Notes: generated by a model from the letters alone, not told the origin. Shown: positions 23,547-33,750, counted from the first letter of the stretch. The stretch: 64,000 bases of DNA from an uncultured delta proteobacterium (GCA_963727485.1 CAVSGM010000002.1:864001-928000); one strand, 5' to 3'. A program made the numbers and translations.

Positions 23547-25027
23547 GGGCCGAGAGGGGCGCGATCCTCGCCTGGGTCCTCTTCGCGACCCTCGGCGCCT
23601 CGGTGGCCCTGCTCCCGGGCTGCGGGGGGAGCTGCCAGACCGACGGCTGCCCCACCGGGAAGAGCTGCTCGCTGCGCACCGGGCTGTGCCTCGACGCCTC
23701 GCTGGTCTACGGCCCGCCCTGCGCCACCAGCCAGGACTGCGAGCGGGGGGTGTGCCTCCAGACCGGCGACACCGCCAACCCCTCGGTGTGCACCGGCCTC
23801 TGCGGCTCGGGGGAGCCCGGCTGCCCCGTGAACTTCAGCTGCGCCAGCGTCTCCGACGGCCAGGGGGGCTCGGCCCAGGTGTGCGTGCCCACCGGTGGCG
23901 GACCGCTCGGGGCCACCTGCCAGGGCAACGGCGACTGCCAGAGCGGGCTGTGCCTCCCGGTGGGCCAGGCGTCGTTCTGCTCCCAGAGCTGCGACCCCTC
24001 GGCCCCCGGCGACTGCGGCACCGGGAACTTCGCCTGCGAGGCCTTCCAGGACAGCCAGGGGACCCAGTACCACTTCTGCGTCAAGGGCGGCTCGGCGCTC
24101 CCCGGCGACCCCTGCCCGAACGGGATCACCGACTGCGACCTCACCAAGAGCGCCGCCTGCCTCCAGGACTCGACGGGCTCCACCAGCCTCTGCGCCCCGG
24201 CGTGCCCCGGCGGGCAGGCCGACTGCACCCGGGCGCTCGCCGGGAGCTGCTGCCAGGACCTGGGCACCGCGTCGAGCCCCCAGCCCTACTGCCTACCGGG
24301 CCAGTACTGCAGCTGCCAGCCCGACTGCGTGGGCCGGGCCTGCGGCGACGACGGCTGCGGCGGGAGCTGCGGGAGCTGCGGCGCGGGCAAGGCCTGCAGC
24401 GCCGGGGCCTGCGTCGCCTGCGCCCCGGACTGCACCGGGAAGACCTGCGGCGACGACGGCTGCGGGGGCACCTGCGGCACCTGCCCCTCGGGGCAGATCT
24501 GCCAGGCCGGCGCCTGCTCGGCGACCTGCACCCCCGACTGCACCGGGAAGGCCTGCGGCGACGACGGCTGCGGGGGGCTGTGCGGCACCTGCCCCCAGGG
24601 CACCAAGTGCGGCGGCGGCCAGTGCGTGGCGCCGGCGGCCCTCCTCTTCGGGATCCAGGTCGACGACCCGGCGATGAGTCCGGCGCCCCTGTGGGCGCTG
24701 ACCGACACGGTGAGCGGGCCGTCCATCGCCGCCCCGGTGACCTACGGCCAGGGCCCCCAGCCCGCCACCGCCCAGACCGCGCCCTGCGGGAGCTCCATCG
24801 TCTGCAGCTCCGTCGCATCCCTGGTCGCCGACACCCCCTACCGCCTGCGCCTCACCTACGACGCCGGCAACGCCACCGGCGCCTGCACCGCGACCTTCAC
24901 CCTCCACGACGCGGCGGCGGCGACGGTGGACGGCGGCGACTGCGTGACCTCGGGCGGCGGGCCCTTCCAGGCGGTGACGGTCGAGGGTGGCCCCGGGTCG
25001 CCGGCGTTTGCCTGGACGCTGCCCTAG
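23543..25027 (+). CDS. Cysteine-rich lipoprotein with myxobacterial-type disulfide repeats
   Basis: Lipobox LPGC; three C.PDC.G..CGDDGCGG.CG.C repeats; ATGA overlap with the upstream gene. Confidence 0.8.
   Translation: MRAERGAILAWVLFATLGASVALLPGCGGSCQTDGCPTGKSCSLRTGLCLDASLVYGPPCATSQDCERGVCLQTGDTANPSVCTGLCGSGEPGCPVNFSCASVSDGQGGSAQVCVPTGGGPLGATCQGNGDCQSGLCLPVGQASFCSQSCDPSAPGDCGTGNFACEAFQDSQGTQYHFCVKGGSALPGDPCPNGITDCDLTKSAACLQDSTGSTSLCAPACPGGQADCTRALAGSCCQDLGTASSPQPYCLPGQYCSCQPDCVGRACGDDGCGGSCGSCGAGKACSAGACVACAPDCTGKTCGDDGCGGTCGTCPSGQICQAGACSATCTPDCTGKACGDDGCGGLCGTCPQGTKCGGGQCVAPAALLFGIQVDDPAMSPAPLWALTDTVSGPSIAAPVTYGQGPQPATAQTAPCGSSIVCSSVASLVADTPYRLRLTYDAGNATGACTATFTLHDAAAATVDGGDCVTSGGGPFQAVTVEGGPGSPAFAWTLP
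24308..24625 (+). repeat. Three-copy coding repeat (PDC-G-CGDDGCGG-CG-C)
   Basis: TGCGGCGACGACGGCTGCGG appears three times. Confidence 0.85.
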
Positions 25028-25194
25028 CGCCGGGACGCGGCCCGGGCGCCGGGGCCCGGTGACCGGGGATCCCCGCACCGCGCCCGGCCGGCGCTGGGTG
25101 GATCTCCCGGGGGTCCGGCGCGAGTCACGTGAATGTGACCGCCGGGCCCTTGCCCGGCCACCCCCGGCGTGCATGTTGGAGGAACGGGGGAACG

Positions 25195-25635
25195 ATGATC
25201 GCGAACGAAGCCGAGCACCGACGGGACGTGGATGGGGGCCAGGAGGCCCGGCGGAGCCGACGGCGGCTCCGGGCGCAGGCCCAGGCCCACCGGGCCCTCG
25301 AGTCCTTCGACCCCGCCGAGCGGGCGGCACCGGACCTGCCGCTGCCGGTGGCGACGCCCACCTTCGAGGCGCCGGCCGGGCCCGATCCCGCGGACGTGTT
25401 CCGCACCCCCGAGACGCTCCTCCAGGCCGTGCGCCAGTGCGTGTACCAGGCCGAGCGCCTCCTCGCCGAGGGGAACCGGGCGGCGACCCTCGGCTGCCTC
25501 ACCGAGGCCTCGGATCTCTTCGCCGCCCTCGACGACTTCGAGGCCTCGGCGCTCGCCGGCGGCGCCTCCGATGCCGGCCGCCTCGACGAGGTCCTCGACC
25601 AGCTCCTCGGCGCCCTCGACGACCACCGGCTCTGA
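25195..25635 (+). CDS. Hypothetical protein
   Basis: Purine-rich RBS; typical codon usage; helical C-terminus. Confidence 0.55.
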   Translation: MIANEAEHRRDVDGGQEARRSRRRLRAQAQAHRALESFDPAERAAPDLPLPVATPTFEAPAGPDPADVFRTPETLLQAVRQCVYQAERLLAEGNRAATLGCLTEASDLFAALDDFEASALAGGASDAGRLDEVLDQLLGALDDHRL

Positions 25636-25684
25636 TCGCACGGGGGGATGGCGGCGCCCGGGTTCCGGGTTACCATCCCCGACC

Positions 25685-26296
25685 ATGGTCGGGATGCACC
25701 AGGAGGCGGAGCATCTGCTGCGGTACTGGCTGGGGACGGCGCGGGCCGACGGGGCGCTGCCCCCGGACCGGATGCGCCTGTGGTTCGGCGGCGAGGCCGA
25801 CACCGACCGGGACCTGCGGATGCGCTTCGGCGCCTTCCACGTGGAGGCGCTGACCGGCGACCTCGATCACCTCGCCGAGAGCCCCCGGGGACGGGTGGCC
25901 CTGGTGATCGCCCTCGACCAGCTCTCCCGGAACCTGGACCGGGGCACCGCCGAGGCCTACGCCGGCGACGAGAAGGCCCTGGCGCTGGCCCGGGAGGCCA
26001 TCGCCGGCGGCCTCGATCGCAACCTCGCCCCGGTGGAGCGGGCGTTCCTCTACATGCCCCTGATGCACGCCGAGGACGTCGACGCCCAGAACCTCTCGGT
26101 GGAGTGCTTCCGCGCCCTCGAGGCCGCCGTCCCCGAGGACAGCCGGGAGGCCTACGCCCGGTTCACCGACGCCGCCCAGCGCCACCGGGACGTGGTGATG
26201 CGCTTCGGCCGCTTTCCCCACCGCAACGTCCTCCTCGACCGGGAGAGCACCGACGAGGAGCGCCGGTTCCTCGCCGGGCCGGGCGCGCCGTTCTGA
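25685..26296 (+). CDS. DUF924 family protein
   Basis: WFGG...D...RF; LDQLSRN; FLYMPLMHAE; FGRFPHRN..L.REST.EE. Confidence 0.9.
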   Translation: MVGMHQEAEHLLRYWLGTARADGALPPDRMRLWFGGEADTDRDLRMRFGAFHVEALTGDLDHLAESPRGRVALVIALDQLSRNLDRGTAEAYAGDEKALALAREAIAGGLDRNLAPVERAFLYMPLMHAEDVDAQNLSVECFRALEAAVPEDSREAYARFTDAAQRHRDVVMRFGRFPHRNVLLDRESTDEERRFLAGPGAPF

Positions 26297-26306
26297 AGGC
26301 GCGGGC

Positions 26307-26993
26307 TCAGGCGTAGCGCGTGGGGTCGGGGAGCCCGGCGGCCTCGAAGCCCTGGCGCCGGAGCACGCAGGCGTCGCACTCGCCGCAGGCCCGCCCGGCG
26401 TCGTCGGCGCGGTAGCAGCTCACGGTCATGGCGTAGTCGACGCCGAGGCCCACGCCGGTCTTGACGATCTGCGCCTTGGTCATCCGGATCAGCGGCGCCT
26501 TGACCCGGATGCGCCGGCCCTCGACCCCGGCCTTGGTGGCGACGTTGGCCAGATCCTCGAAGGCCTTGATGAACTCCGGGCGGCAGTCGGGGTAGCCCGA
26601 GTAGTCGACGGCGTTGACCCCGGTGAACAGGTCCCGGGCGCCGACGACCTCGGCGAGCGAGAGGGCCACCGCGAGCATCACCGTGTTGCGCGCCGGCACG
26701 TAGGTGTCGGGGATGCCGCCGGCGGCGATGGCCTCCGGCCCTCTGGCCACGGGGATCTCCCGCGCGCGATCGGTGAGGGCCGAGCCCCCGATGCTCCCCA
26801 GGTCGACCTCCACCAGGCGGTGATCCTCCGCCCCGAGCGCCTCGGCCACCCGGCTCGCCGCCGCCAGCTCCGCCTGGTGCCGCTGGCCGTAGTCCACGGT
26901 CAGGGCGTGACAGGCGTAGCCCGTGGCCCGGGCCATGGCGAGCACCGTCGCCGAGTCGAGCCCCCCGCTCACCAGCACCACCGCATGACGCAT
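26307..26993 (-). CDS. queC: 7-cyano-7-deazaguanine synthase
   Basis: [33 protein letters not shown]...CGECDAC. Confidence 0.96.
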   Translation of the reverse strand: MRHAVVLVSGGLDSATVLAMARATGYACHALTVDYGQRHQAELAAASRVAEALGAEDHRLVEVDLGSIGGSALTDRAREIPVARGPEAIAAGGIPDTYVPARNTVMLAVALSLAEVVGARDLFTGVNAVDYSGYPDCRPEFIKAFEDLANVATKAGVEGRRIRVKAPLIRMTKAQIVKTGVGLGVDYAMTVSCYRADDAGRACGECDACVLRRQGFEAAGLPDPTRYA

Positions 26994-27085
26994 CAAGTCA
27001 ACTCCAGGAAAATTGGTGGGTTACCCTACATACACGGATTTCCTGGCGAAATCCGTCCGAGCCTGATTACCGCGCCCGCGCGCGG

Positions 27086-27114
27086 TTGAAAAGGGCGCGC
27101 CGAGTGGCTAATAC
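27086..27114 (+). promoter_or_regulatory. Sigma70-type promoter of pckA
   Basis: TTGAAA-N17-TAATAC. Confidence 0.55.
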
Positions 27115-27210
27115 AACCGGGCTTCGGGGGCGATCGGTCCTCGAAGCTCCGTCCATACCCGAGAGGGCCGCGTGCCGCCGGTGCCGCGGGTCCTCGTGAG
27201 GAGCCTCCCC

Positions 27211-28757
27211 ATGACCCAGGCCGCCGCCGTGACGCACGGTCCCGAGCCCGTGCTGCAGCAAGGACGTCCCCGCCAAGCGCTTCATCGACAACCCCACCTG
27301 GGAGGAGCTGCGGCAGATGACCCGCGCCTCCGAGTGGACCACCGAGTGGGGCAACGCCGCGTACGTGACCCGCGTGCGCTCCCGGAGCGCCGCCTTCACC
27401 AAGAACTTCGTCGACGAGCAGCCCGACGACACCAATCGCGCCCTCATCCAGAAGGTGCGCGACTACGTCAAGGACAAGACGCTCATCCAGATCGACCGGG
27501 TCATGGGCAAGGGCGACGACGCCTTCCACTGCCGCCTCTACCTCTCCGAGCACATGGCCCGCGTGGGCCTGTTCTGGACCAGCGCCCTCTACGCGCCGCC
27601 GGCCAACTACGAGCGCGTCGAGCCCGACTTCGTCACCCTCTACCTCGAGGAGTGGCCCGAGCGCCGCATCCTGGTCGACGCCGAGCACGGCGTCACCTAC
27701 GCCCTCGGCGTCGACTACTACGGCGAGGCCAAGAAGTCGTTCCTGCGCATGGGCATGTACGCCACCAAGTCCCGCCGCGGCGGGCTGGGGCTCCACGCCG
27801 GCTCCAAGAATCCTCACCGTGAAGAACGCCGAGGGCGAGCTCACCGAGAAGGGCGCCATCTTCTTCGGCCTCTCGGGCACCGGGAAGACCTCGCTGACCT
27901 GCCACCCCCACGAGCTCGAGGCCCCCGAGAAGGCGGAGATCCTCCAGGACGACGTGGTGTTCATGCTCCCCGACAGCTCCTGCAAGGGCACCGAGGAGGG
28001 CTTCTACATCAAGACCGACGGGCTGCGCCCCGAGGACCAGCCGACCCTCTACTACGGGATCCAGAAGCCCCGGGCGCTGCTGGAGAACGTCTGGGTCGAC
28101 CCCAGCCGCAAGGTCGACTTCGACAACGGCGGGATCTCCAAGAACGGCCGGGCCATCGTCTGGCGCTCGGACATCGACCTCGCCGACGAGCGCATCGATC
28201 TCGAGCAGCTCGACCTGGTGTTCTTCATCACCCGCAACTTCACCATCGTCCCCCCGGTGTCGAAGCTCTCGCCGGCGCAGGCCGCCGCGGCGTTCATGCT
28301 CGGCGAGTCCATCAAGACCAGCGCCGCCAATCCCAAGGCCGCCGGCGAGGCGGTCCGCGAGGTGGGCACCAACCCCTTCATCGTCGGGCCCAAGAACGAG
28401 GAGGGCAACCGCTTCCTCGAGATCCTCGAGCGCAACCCGCACATCCAGTGCTTCCTCCTCAACACCGGGGTCGTCGGTGGCAAGGAGGAGGGCCTCAAGA
28501 TCACCCTGATGATGAGCCAGGCCATCATCCGCGAGATCGCCCGGGGCACCGTGAAGTGGGCGCCCGACGCCGACTGGGGCTACGACGTCGCCACCGAGGC
28601 GCCGGGGATGGACCTCCACAAGTTCGACCCCAAGCACTTCTACACCCACGAGGAGTACGAGCGCCGGGTCAAGAAGCTCAAGGAGGAGCGGCGCGAGTGG
28701 CTGGCCCTCTTCCCCGGGCTCCGCAAGGACATCGTCGAGGCCTTCCCGCTGAAGTAG
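27211..28757 (+). CDS. pckA: Phosphoenolpyruvate carboxykinase (ATP); frameshifts near 27260 and 27810
   Basis: Y.GE.KK, GLHAGSK, FFGLSGTGKT, QDD, GFYIKT, ENV, NGR, LLNTG spread over three frames. Confidence 0.88.
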
Positions 28758-28767
28758 CCTTTCGGTC

Positions 28768-30282
28768 CTAGGGCCCCCCACGCTCGCAGGCGAGGAGGCG
28801 CTGGTAGGTCTTCCAGTGCTTCCCGCCCCGGGCGTGGAGGCGCGCCGCCAGGGTCAGCGTCTCCTCGGCCCGGGCCAGGCGCACCACCGGGGCCAGCTTC
28901 ACCTTGGTCTGGTCCACGGCGGCCCAGGCGACGTTGGCGGCGCTCCAATCGGCGCGCCAGTCTGCGACCCGCGCGTCGCTCCGGAGGAAGCGGGCGATGG
29001 CGTCCCGGTGCCCCTCGACGGTGGCCAGGAAGTCCGGGTGCCAGGGATCCGAGAGCACCGGCCACCGCGCCAGGAGGGCGTACTCCACGGTGAGCGCCGC
29101 GTCGTTCGCCACCGACTCCGCCTGCTGCGCCTTGCGGGTGAGGCGGGCGAGGCGCGCCCGGATCTGCTTCAGCCCCCCTGCGAGCTCCTTCGCCCCGTGG
29201 AGATGGACCCGCGCCGAGAGGGCCCGCACCTCGGCCCGCCACTCGGGGAGCGGCACCGGCGTCTCGGGTCCGCTCTTCGGCGCCACCACCCGCAGGTAGC
29301 GCTCGGAGGTGGTGGTGGGCACGTCGAAGGAGCCCCCGTGGATCACCGCCTGGGCGTGGGCCTCGAGGAGGCTGATGTGCCCGTCGCCGTTGAGGTCGAA
29401 GACGTGCACCGGCAGCTTCTTCCCCGCGCGGTCCTCGCGCTTGAGGGCGTGGAGGAAGTAGATGCCATAGCCCTGCTGGGCCGCGCGGTCGGGGTTGGGA
29501 TCACAGCCAGACGCCGGGCAATCCCAGGTGGTGGCGAACAGGCCGCAGCGCGTCCCCTCGGCGACCCCGCGCCCCGGGTCGGCCCCCCGGAACACCAGGT
29601 CGGCGAAGGCCCCGGAGAAGCACGAGGTGATCACCATCCGCAGGGGCCGGCGGTCCGGGGCGCCGTCGAGGACCTTGGCGAGGTCGGTCACCGTCTCCCC
29701 GTAGCCGCCCCAGGTGTCGAAGCTGTTCTGGGGCCGGGTGCGCCCCTGGCTCCCGTGGCTGGCGACGTAGAGGGTCAGCGGCCCGGTCCCCTTCGCCAGG
29801 GCCCGGCGGAGGGTGGACTCGAGGCTCTCGGGGGTGAAGGGCCCGTCGGCGGGGAGGGTCACCGCCTCGAAGTGGCTGTCCCGGGCGCCGTCACCGTCGA
29901 AGAGGTCGGCGAGCGCTTGGAGCAGGGGGTCGCCCCGGGGCGCCGGGTCGAGGACCCGGACGCCCTTCGTCCCCGGGCCGGCGCCGAAGAGGAGGACCCC
30001 GCCGGCGCCGAAGGCCTGCCGGGCGAGGGCGAGATCCTGCTCCAGGGAGACCTGCTGGTGGGCCGGGTCGGTGCCCCCGCCGGCGCCGATCCAGCGGATC
30101 GCCGCACCGGGGACCGCCTCGGTGGGGATCACCGCGTCGTCGTGGGAGACGTCGGCGCCCCCGGAGACGCCGCCTGGGACCGGCACCGCACCCGAGAGGG
30201 CGAGCCCGGCGAGGACGGCGGCGAGCACCGCCCCGAGGCGGCGCGCCGGGGCCGGCACGAGGCGGCGCGGGGGACGGGCCAT
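28768..30282 (-). CDS. Secreted caspase/legumain-fold (clan CD) peptidase-like protein
   Basis: Signal peptide; LYVASHG and VITSCFSG His-Cys dyad; DLNGDGHISLLE EF-hand-like loop. Confidence 0.65.
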   Translation of the reverse strand: MARPPRRLVPAPARRLGAVLAAVLAGLALSGAVPVPGGVSGGADVSHDDAVIPTEAVPGAAIRWIGAGGGTDPAHQQVSLEQDLALARQAFGAGGVLLFGAGPGTKGVRVLDPAPRGDPLLQALADLFDGDGARDSHFEAVTLPADGPFTPESLESTLRRALAKGTGPLTLYVASHGSQGRTRPQNSFDTWGGYGETVTDLAKVLDGAPDRRPLRMVITSCFSGAFADLVFRGADPGRGVAEGTRCGLFATTWDCPASGCDPNPDRAAQQGYGIYFLHALKREDRAGKKLPVHVFDLNGDGHISLLEAHAQAVIHGGSFDVPTTTSERYLRVVAPKSGPETPVPLPEWRAEVRALSARVHLHGAKELAGGLKQIRARLARLTRKAQQAESVANDAALTVEYALLARWPVLSDPWHPDFLATVEGHRDAIARFLRSDARVADWRADWSAANVAWAAVDQTKVKLAPVVRLARAEETLTLAARLHARGGKHWKTYQRLLACERGGP

Positions 30283-30342
30283 GCCGATCGGTTACCACGG
30301 AGCGGCCGTGGAGGTCACCGGCGCGGGCTCACCGGCGCGGGC

Positions 30343-31116
30343 TCACCGCCGGGCGAGGAGATTGAGGAGGAGGTCCGGGGCGTCCACGTGGACGAAGTGC
30401 CCGGCGCCCCGCACCGTGTCCACCGGCACCCCCGCGGCCCGGAGCCGGTCGGCGTCGTCCTCCGAGGTGTAGGCCGACGCGCCCCCGCGGATGAGCCGGA
30501 GCCTCACCTTCCCGGCGTCGACCATGGGCCACAGATCCTCGGCGTTGGTGCGCCGGGAGAGCTCGGCCATGGCGGCGCGGTCGATGCGCCAGGCGTAGTC
30601 CCCGCGGTCGTCGTCGTGGACCAGGTTCATCACCAGCCAGTCGGCCACCGGCCCTGGGACCCCGCCGTCGACCAGGAAGCGCTTCGCGTCCTCCCGGCGC
30701 GGCACCCGGTCGGGGGCGGCGAGGAGGCGCTCGAGGACCGGGTCGCGCCGGGCGAGGACCACCGGCCCCGGGGCGATGTCCACCAGCACCACCTCCGAGA
30801 CGGCCTCGGGATCGAGCTTCGCCGCCGCGAGCGCCACCCGCCCTCCGAGGGAGTGGCCCACGAGGCGAAAGGGCCGCCGGAGCCCCAGCCCGTGGGCGAG
30901 GAGGAGCACGTCCCGGGCGAGGTCCTCGAGGGTGGGCGCCTCGGGGAGCGGCGGGGACTCGCCGTGGCCGGTGAGGTCCGGGAGGACCAGGGTCAGGGAC
31001 GCGTCCCGGTCGTGCCACCGCCGCGCCAGGGAGCGGAGGTTTCGGCCGGAGCCGAGGAAGCCGTGGAGGAGGATGACCGCGTCGGGGCCGTCGCCGAGGG
31101 TGTCGTAGCTGAGCAA
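30343..31116 (-). CDS. Alpha/beta-fold hydrolase (YbfF-like esterase)
   Basis: LHGFLGSGRN, DL.GHG.S, GHSLGG, VDIAP, AGHFVH; TTG start after GGAGG. Confidence 0.88.
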   Translation of the reverse strand: MLSYDTLGDGPDAVILLHGFLGSGRNLRSLARRWHDRDASLTLVLPDLTGHGESPPLPEAPTLEDLARDVLLLAHGLGLRRPFRLVGHSLGGRVALAAAKLDPEAVSEVVLVDIAPGPVVLARRDPVLERLLAAPDRVPRREDAKRFLVDGGVPGPVADWLVMNLVHDDDRGDYAWRIDRAAMAELSRRTNAEDLWPMVDAGKVRLRLIRGGASAYTSEDDADRLRAAGVPVDTVRGAGHFVHVDAPDLLLNLLARR

Positions 31117-31181
31117 GATGCGCCTCCGGTTGCGGCCCCCCACGATAGCCATGGCCGGGGAAGGTGCCACCGGCGGTGGGA

Positions 31182-31850
31182 TCAGCCCCTCGGCGAGAGC
31201 GGCACGTCGGCGATGGGGTAGTGGCGGGCGTTCATGTAGTTGAAGTGCCACCACTCCATGCGGATGGTGGTGAAGCCCAGGCCCATCATCACCGACTGGA
31301 GGATCATCCGGTGCTTGCGCGCCCGCTTGGGCACGTTCGTGGCGTGGGCGTGGGCCTCGGGGGTGAAGCTGTCGAGGTCGGTGGGCATCTCGACCTTCGA
31401 GCCGTCGAGGTGGACCAGGGTGCAGTCCACGGCGCTGCCGCGGTTGTGGTTGCTCCCGTGCTTGGGGTTCGCCACCAGGCCCGGGGTGGGCACCAGCTTC
31501 CACATGTACCGCTGCACCGAGAGGGGCCGGTAGCAGTCCCAGAGCTCGAGGCGGTAGCCGGCGCGCTCGAGGTGCTGCTCCGCCCGCTTCAGGGCCCTCA
31601 CCACCGAGCGCCGCAGCAGGCAGCGGGCGTCCTTGGGGTAGACCCGCTTGTGCATGAAGTTGTCCCGGGTGGCGTAGCGCAGGTGGACCACCACCCCGGG
31701 GATGTACTTCTTCACCACCACCAGGGGGTCGTGGTGGGCGGGGCGCCCGTGGGCGTCTCGGGCCGCGGCCGGGTGGACGGAAGGCGCCACCCGCGGGTGG
31801 GGATGGGGCGCGGCGAGGCCGGCGGCGAGGAGGACGATGAGGCGCAGCAT
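31182..31850 (-). CDS. D-alanyl-D-alanine dipeptidase (peptidase M15D, VanX/DdpX-like), exported
   Basis: LRYAT.DNF, WDCYRP, SNHNRGSAVD, MPT, EWWHF; signal peptide. Confidence 0.9.
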   Translation of the reverse strand: MLRLIVLLAAGLAAPHPHPRVAPSVHPAAARDAHGRPAHHDPLVVVKKYIPGVVVHLRYATRDNFMHKRVYPKDARCLLRRSVVRALKRAEQHLERAGYRLELWDCYRPLSVQRYMWKLVPTPGLVANPKHGSNHNRGSAVDCTLVHLDGSKVEMPTDLDSFTPEAHAHATNVPKRARKHRMILQSVMMGLGFTTIRMEWWHFNYMNARHYPIADVPLSPRG

Positions 31851-31962
31851 GCCCTCGACGCTAGCGTCCGAGGCGGTGTGGGTAAACCCGTCGCCGGTGG
31901 CCGGGGTGGGGCCGCGGCGGCCGGTGGTGCAGCGCCCCGGGCCCTGGACTAGGCTACCCGCG

Positions 31963-33036
31963 ATGACCGACGCCTCCCCGACCCGGCGCCTGATGGTGCG
32001 CTCGTCCCTGGCCCGCATTGCGTGGCTCTTCCTCCCGCTCGGCCTGCTCGCCCTCACCGGCGGTCTCGTCGCCGCCGCGCACCACACCCCCGACGCCTGG
32101 GCGGGGCTCGGCCTCGGCTCCCTGTTCACCGGCATCGCCGTCCTCTTCCTGCTCACCCGCCGCACCCTCGAGCTCGACCTCGAGGCCGGGACCTTCCGCT
32201 ACGTCCGCGGGCTCCTGCGCCCGGTACGCACCGGGCGCCTCGCCGAGCTGGCCCGGGTGCGCATCCACGGGCGCACCGTCCCCGACGCCAACCTCGAGGA
32301 GGTGGTGCACTACGCGGTCGAGCTCGAGCCTGGTTCCGGCGATCCCATCGGCGCCTACGACGTCGAGGATCCGGACGAGGCGGGGATGCACGGGGAGATC
32401 CTCGCCCGCCGCCTGCGCCTGCCGCTCTCCGACGAGCGGGACGCCGTGCGGCCCGAGCTCCTCACCGCCGAGGCGGTCGACGCCCGGGTGGCGGCGCGCC
32501 TCGCCACCGCGGCGGTGGGCGACCTGCCGGCACCGGCGACGGTCCGCGACGGCGACGGACGCCTGGTGCTCCCCCCGCCGGGGCTGGGGGTGCGGCTCTT
32601 CGGCCTGGTGGCGGGCCTCGGGGTGCTCGGGGCCTTCCTGGTGGTGGCCCACGTGGTCGCCTCGTCCCAGGGGGCCCGGGTGGGCCTGGGGTTCGCCGCC
32701 TACGCCCTGCCCTTCGACGTGGTGGTGCTGTGGCTCGGCAGCCGCCTGGTCGGCGGCGCCTTCGGCCGCGAGGAGATCGACGTGACCCCCGAGGGGGTGC
32801 GCGTGCGCCACCGCCTCGGCGGCCTCGCCCTCGGCCGGCGGCGGGTGGAGCTGGAGCGCCTCACCGGGATCCACCTCGACGAGACCGGCGTGGTGCGCCT
32901 CGAGACCGACGACACGGTGCTCGAGCTCGGCCGGGGCCTCGACGCCGTCGGGCGCCGGTGGCTCCTCTCGCGCCTCGGGGCGCTCCTCGGGGGCGCGGCG
33001 ACGGCGGCGGCAGCGGCGAGCCCCGGCGCCGCCTAG
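31963..33036 (+). CDS. Membrane protein with two (2TM + PH-like) modules
   Basis: Two pairs of hydrophobic helices, each followed by a beta-rich segment. Confidence 0.6.
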   Translation: MTDASPTRRLMVRSSLARIAWLFLPLGLLALTGGLVAAAHHTPDAWAGLGLGSLFTGIAVLFLLTRRTLELDLEAGTFRYVRGLLRPVRTGRLAELARVRIHGRTVPDANLEEVVHYAVELEPGSGDPIGAYDVEDPDEAGMHGEILARRLRLPLSDERDAVRPELLTAEAVDARVAARLATAAVGDLPAPATVRDGDGRLVLPPPGLGVRLFGLVAGLGVLGAFLVVAHVVASSQGARVGLGFAAYALPFDVVVLWLGSRLVGGAFGREEIDVTPEGVRVRHRLGGLALGRRRVELERLTGIHLDETGVVRLETDDTVLELGRGLDAVGRRWLLSRLGALLGGAATAAAAASPGAA

Positions 33037-33117
33037 CCCTTGGCGCGGCGACGGTCCGGCCCCGCGACCGGCGCGGCCCGGGGTTGCCATCGGCCGCAGG
33101 GGACCCACGCTGTGACC

Positions 33118-33333
33118 ATGCGTGCCCTGCGCATCACCCTCTACGTCCTGGGCATCGTCCTCGCCGTGGTCTACCTGCTGAACCTCGGCGGCGGGGTCGT
33201 CGAGCTCATCCCCGACAACCTCCCGGTGGTGGGCAACCTCGACGAGGCGGCGTTCGCGGGCCTGCTCCTGTGGTGCGTCCGCGGCCTCGCCCGGGAGCGC
33301 CGGAAGCAGCTGGCGGCCCCGCCGCCCCGGTGA
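33118..33333 (+). CDS. Small membrane protein, DUF1232/YkvA-like
   Basis: YLLN...ELIPDNLPVVGNLDE. Confidence 0.8.
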   Translation: MRALRITLYVLGIVLAVVYLLNLGGGVVELIPDNLPVVGNLDEAAFAGLLLWCVRGLARERRKQLAAPPPR

Positions 33334-33420
33334 CCCGAAGCCGGACGGCCGGTCCGCGTCCCGGTCCGCCGGCCGGGGCCCGCCCGGGCGCAAGTGCCCG
33401 GATCCGCGCGATCGCCGTGG

Positions 33421-33437
33421 CTGGCACCGGCCTTGCC
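33421..33437 (+). promoter_or_regulatory. Sigma54 promoter of the small-protein/comEA unit
   Basis: CTGGCACCGGCCTTGCC, near-consensus. Confidence 0.75.
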
Positions 33438-33499
33438 ATGGCTCCGGGGACGCCGCACTTCGCGGCGTGATGTCCCCAACAACCGCACGGAGGTCCCTC

Positions 33500-33697
33500 A
33501 TGGACGACACCCCCCTCGAGGTCTGGTCGGTGCGCGACGCCAACGGCCAGGGCTCCAAGGCCTTCTGGAAGCACGTGGGCCGCGCGTTCTGGAACCGCGA
33601 CGGCTCCATCAACGTCCTCCTCGACGCCCTGCCCCTCACCGGCAAGCTGCAAATCCGCAAGCCCAAGGAGGAGGCGGCCCCCACCGCCGCCGCCTAG
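33500..33697 (+). CDS. Small beta-rich hypothetical protein (65 aa)
   Basis: GGAGG RBS; KAFWKHVGRAFWNRDGSINVLLDALP; typical codon usage. Confidence 0.8.
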   Translation: MDDTPLEVWSVRDANGQGSKAFWKHVGRAFWNRDGSINVLLDALPLTGKLQIRKPKEEAAPTAAA

Positions 33698-33750
33698 GGC
33701 GACCCCGTCGTTCCCCGCGTTCCCTTCGTCCCTCTTTCCCAGGAGTCGAG

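Noticed and set aside
26307..26993. queC as part of a 7-deazaguanine DNA-modification or QatABCD defence system
   Set aside because: Canonical-length QueC among housekeeping genes; no dpd, tgt-like or qat partners nearby.
30315..30349. Short 14-bp tandem duplication at the hydrolase stop codon
   Set aside because: Only two and a half copies; consistent with local slippage and no evident function.
31182..31850. VanX as a vancomycin-resistance locus
   Set aside because: No vanA/vanH/vanRS; exported M15D dipeptidases are common in Gram-negative bacteria.
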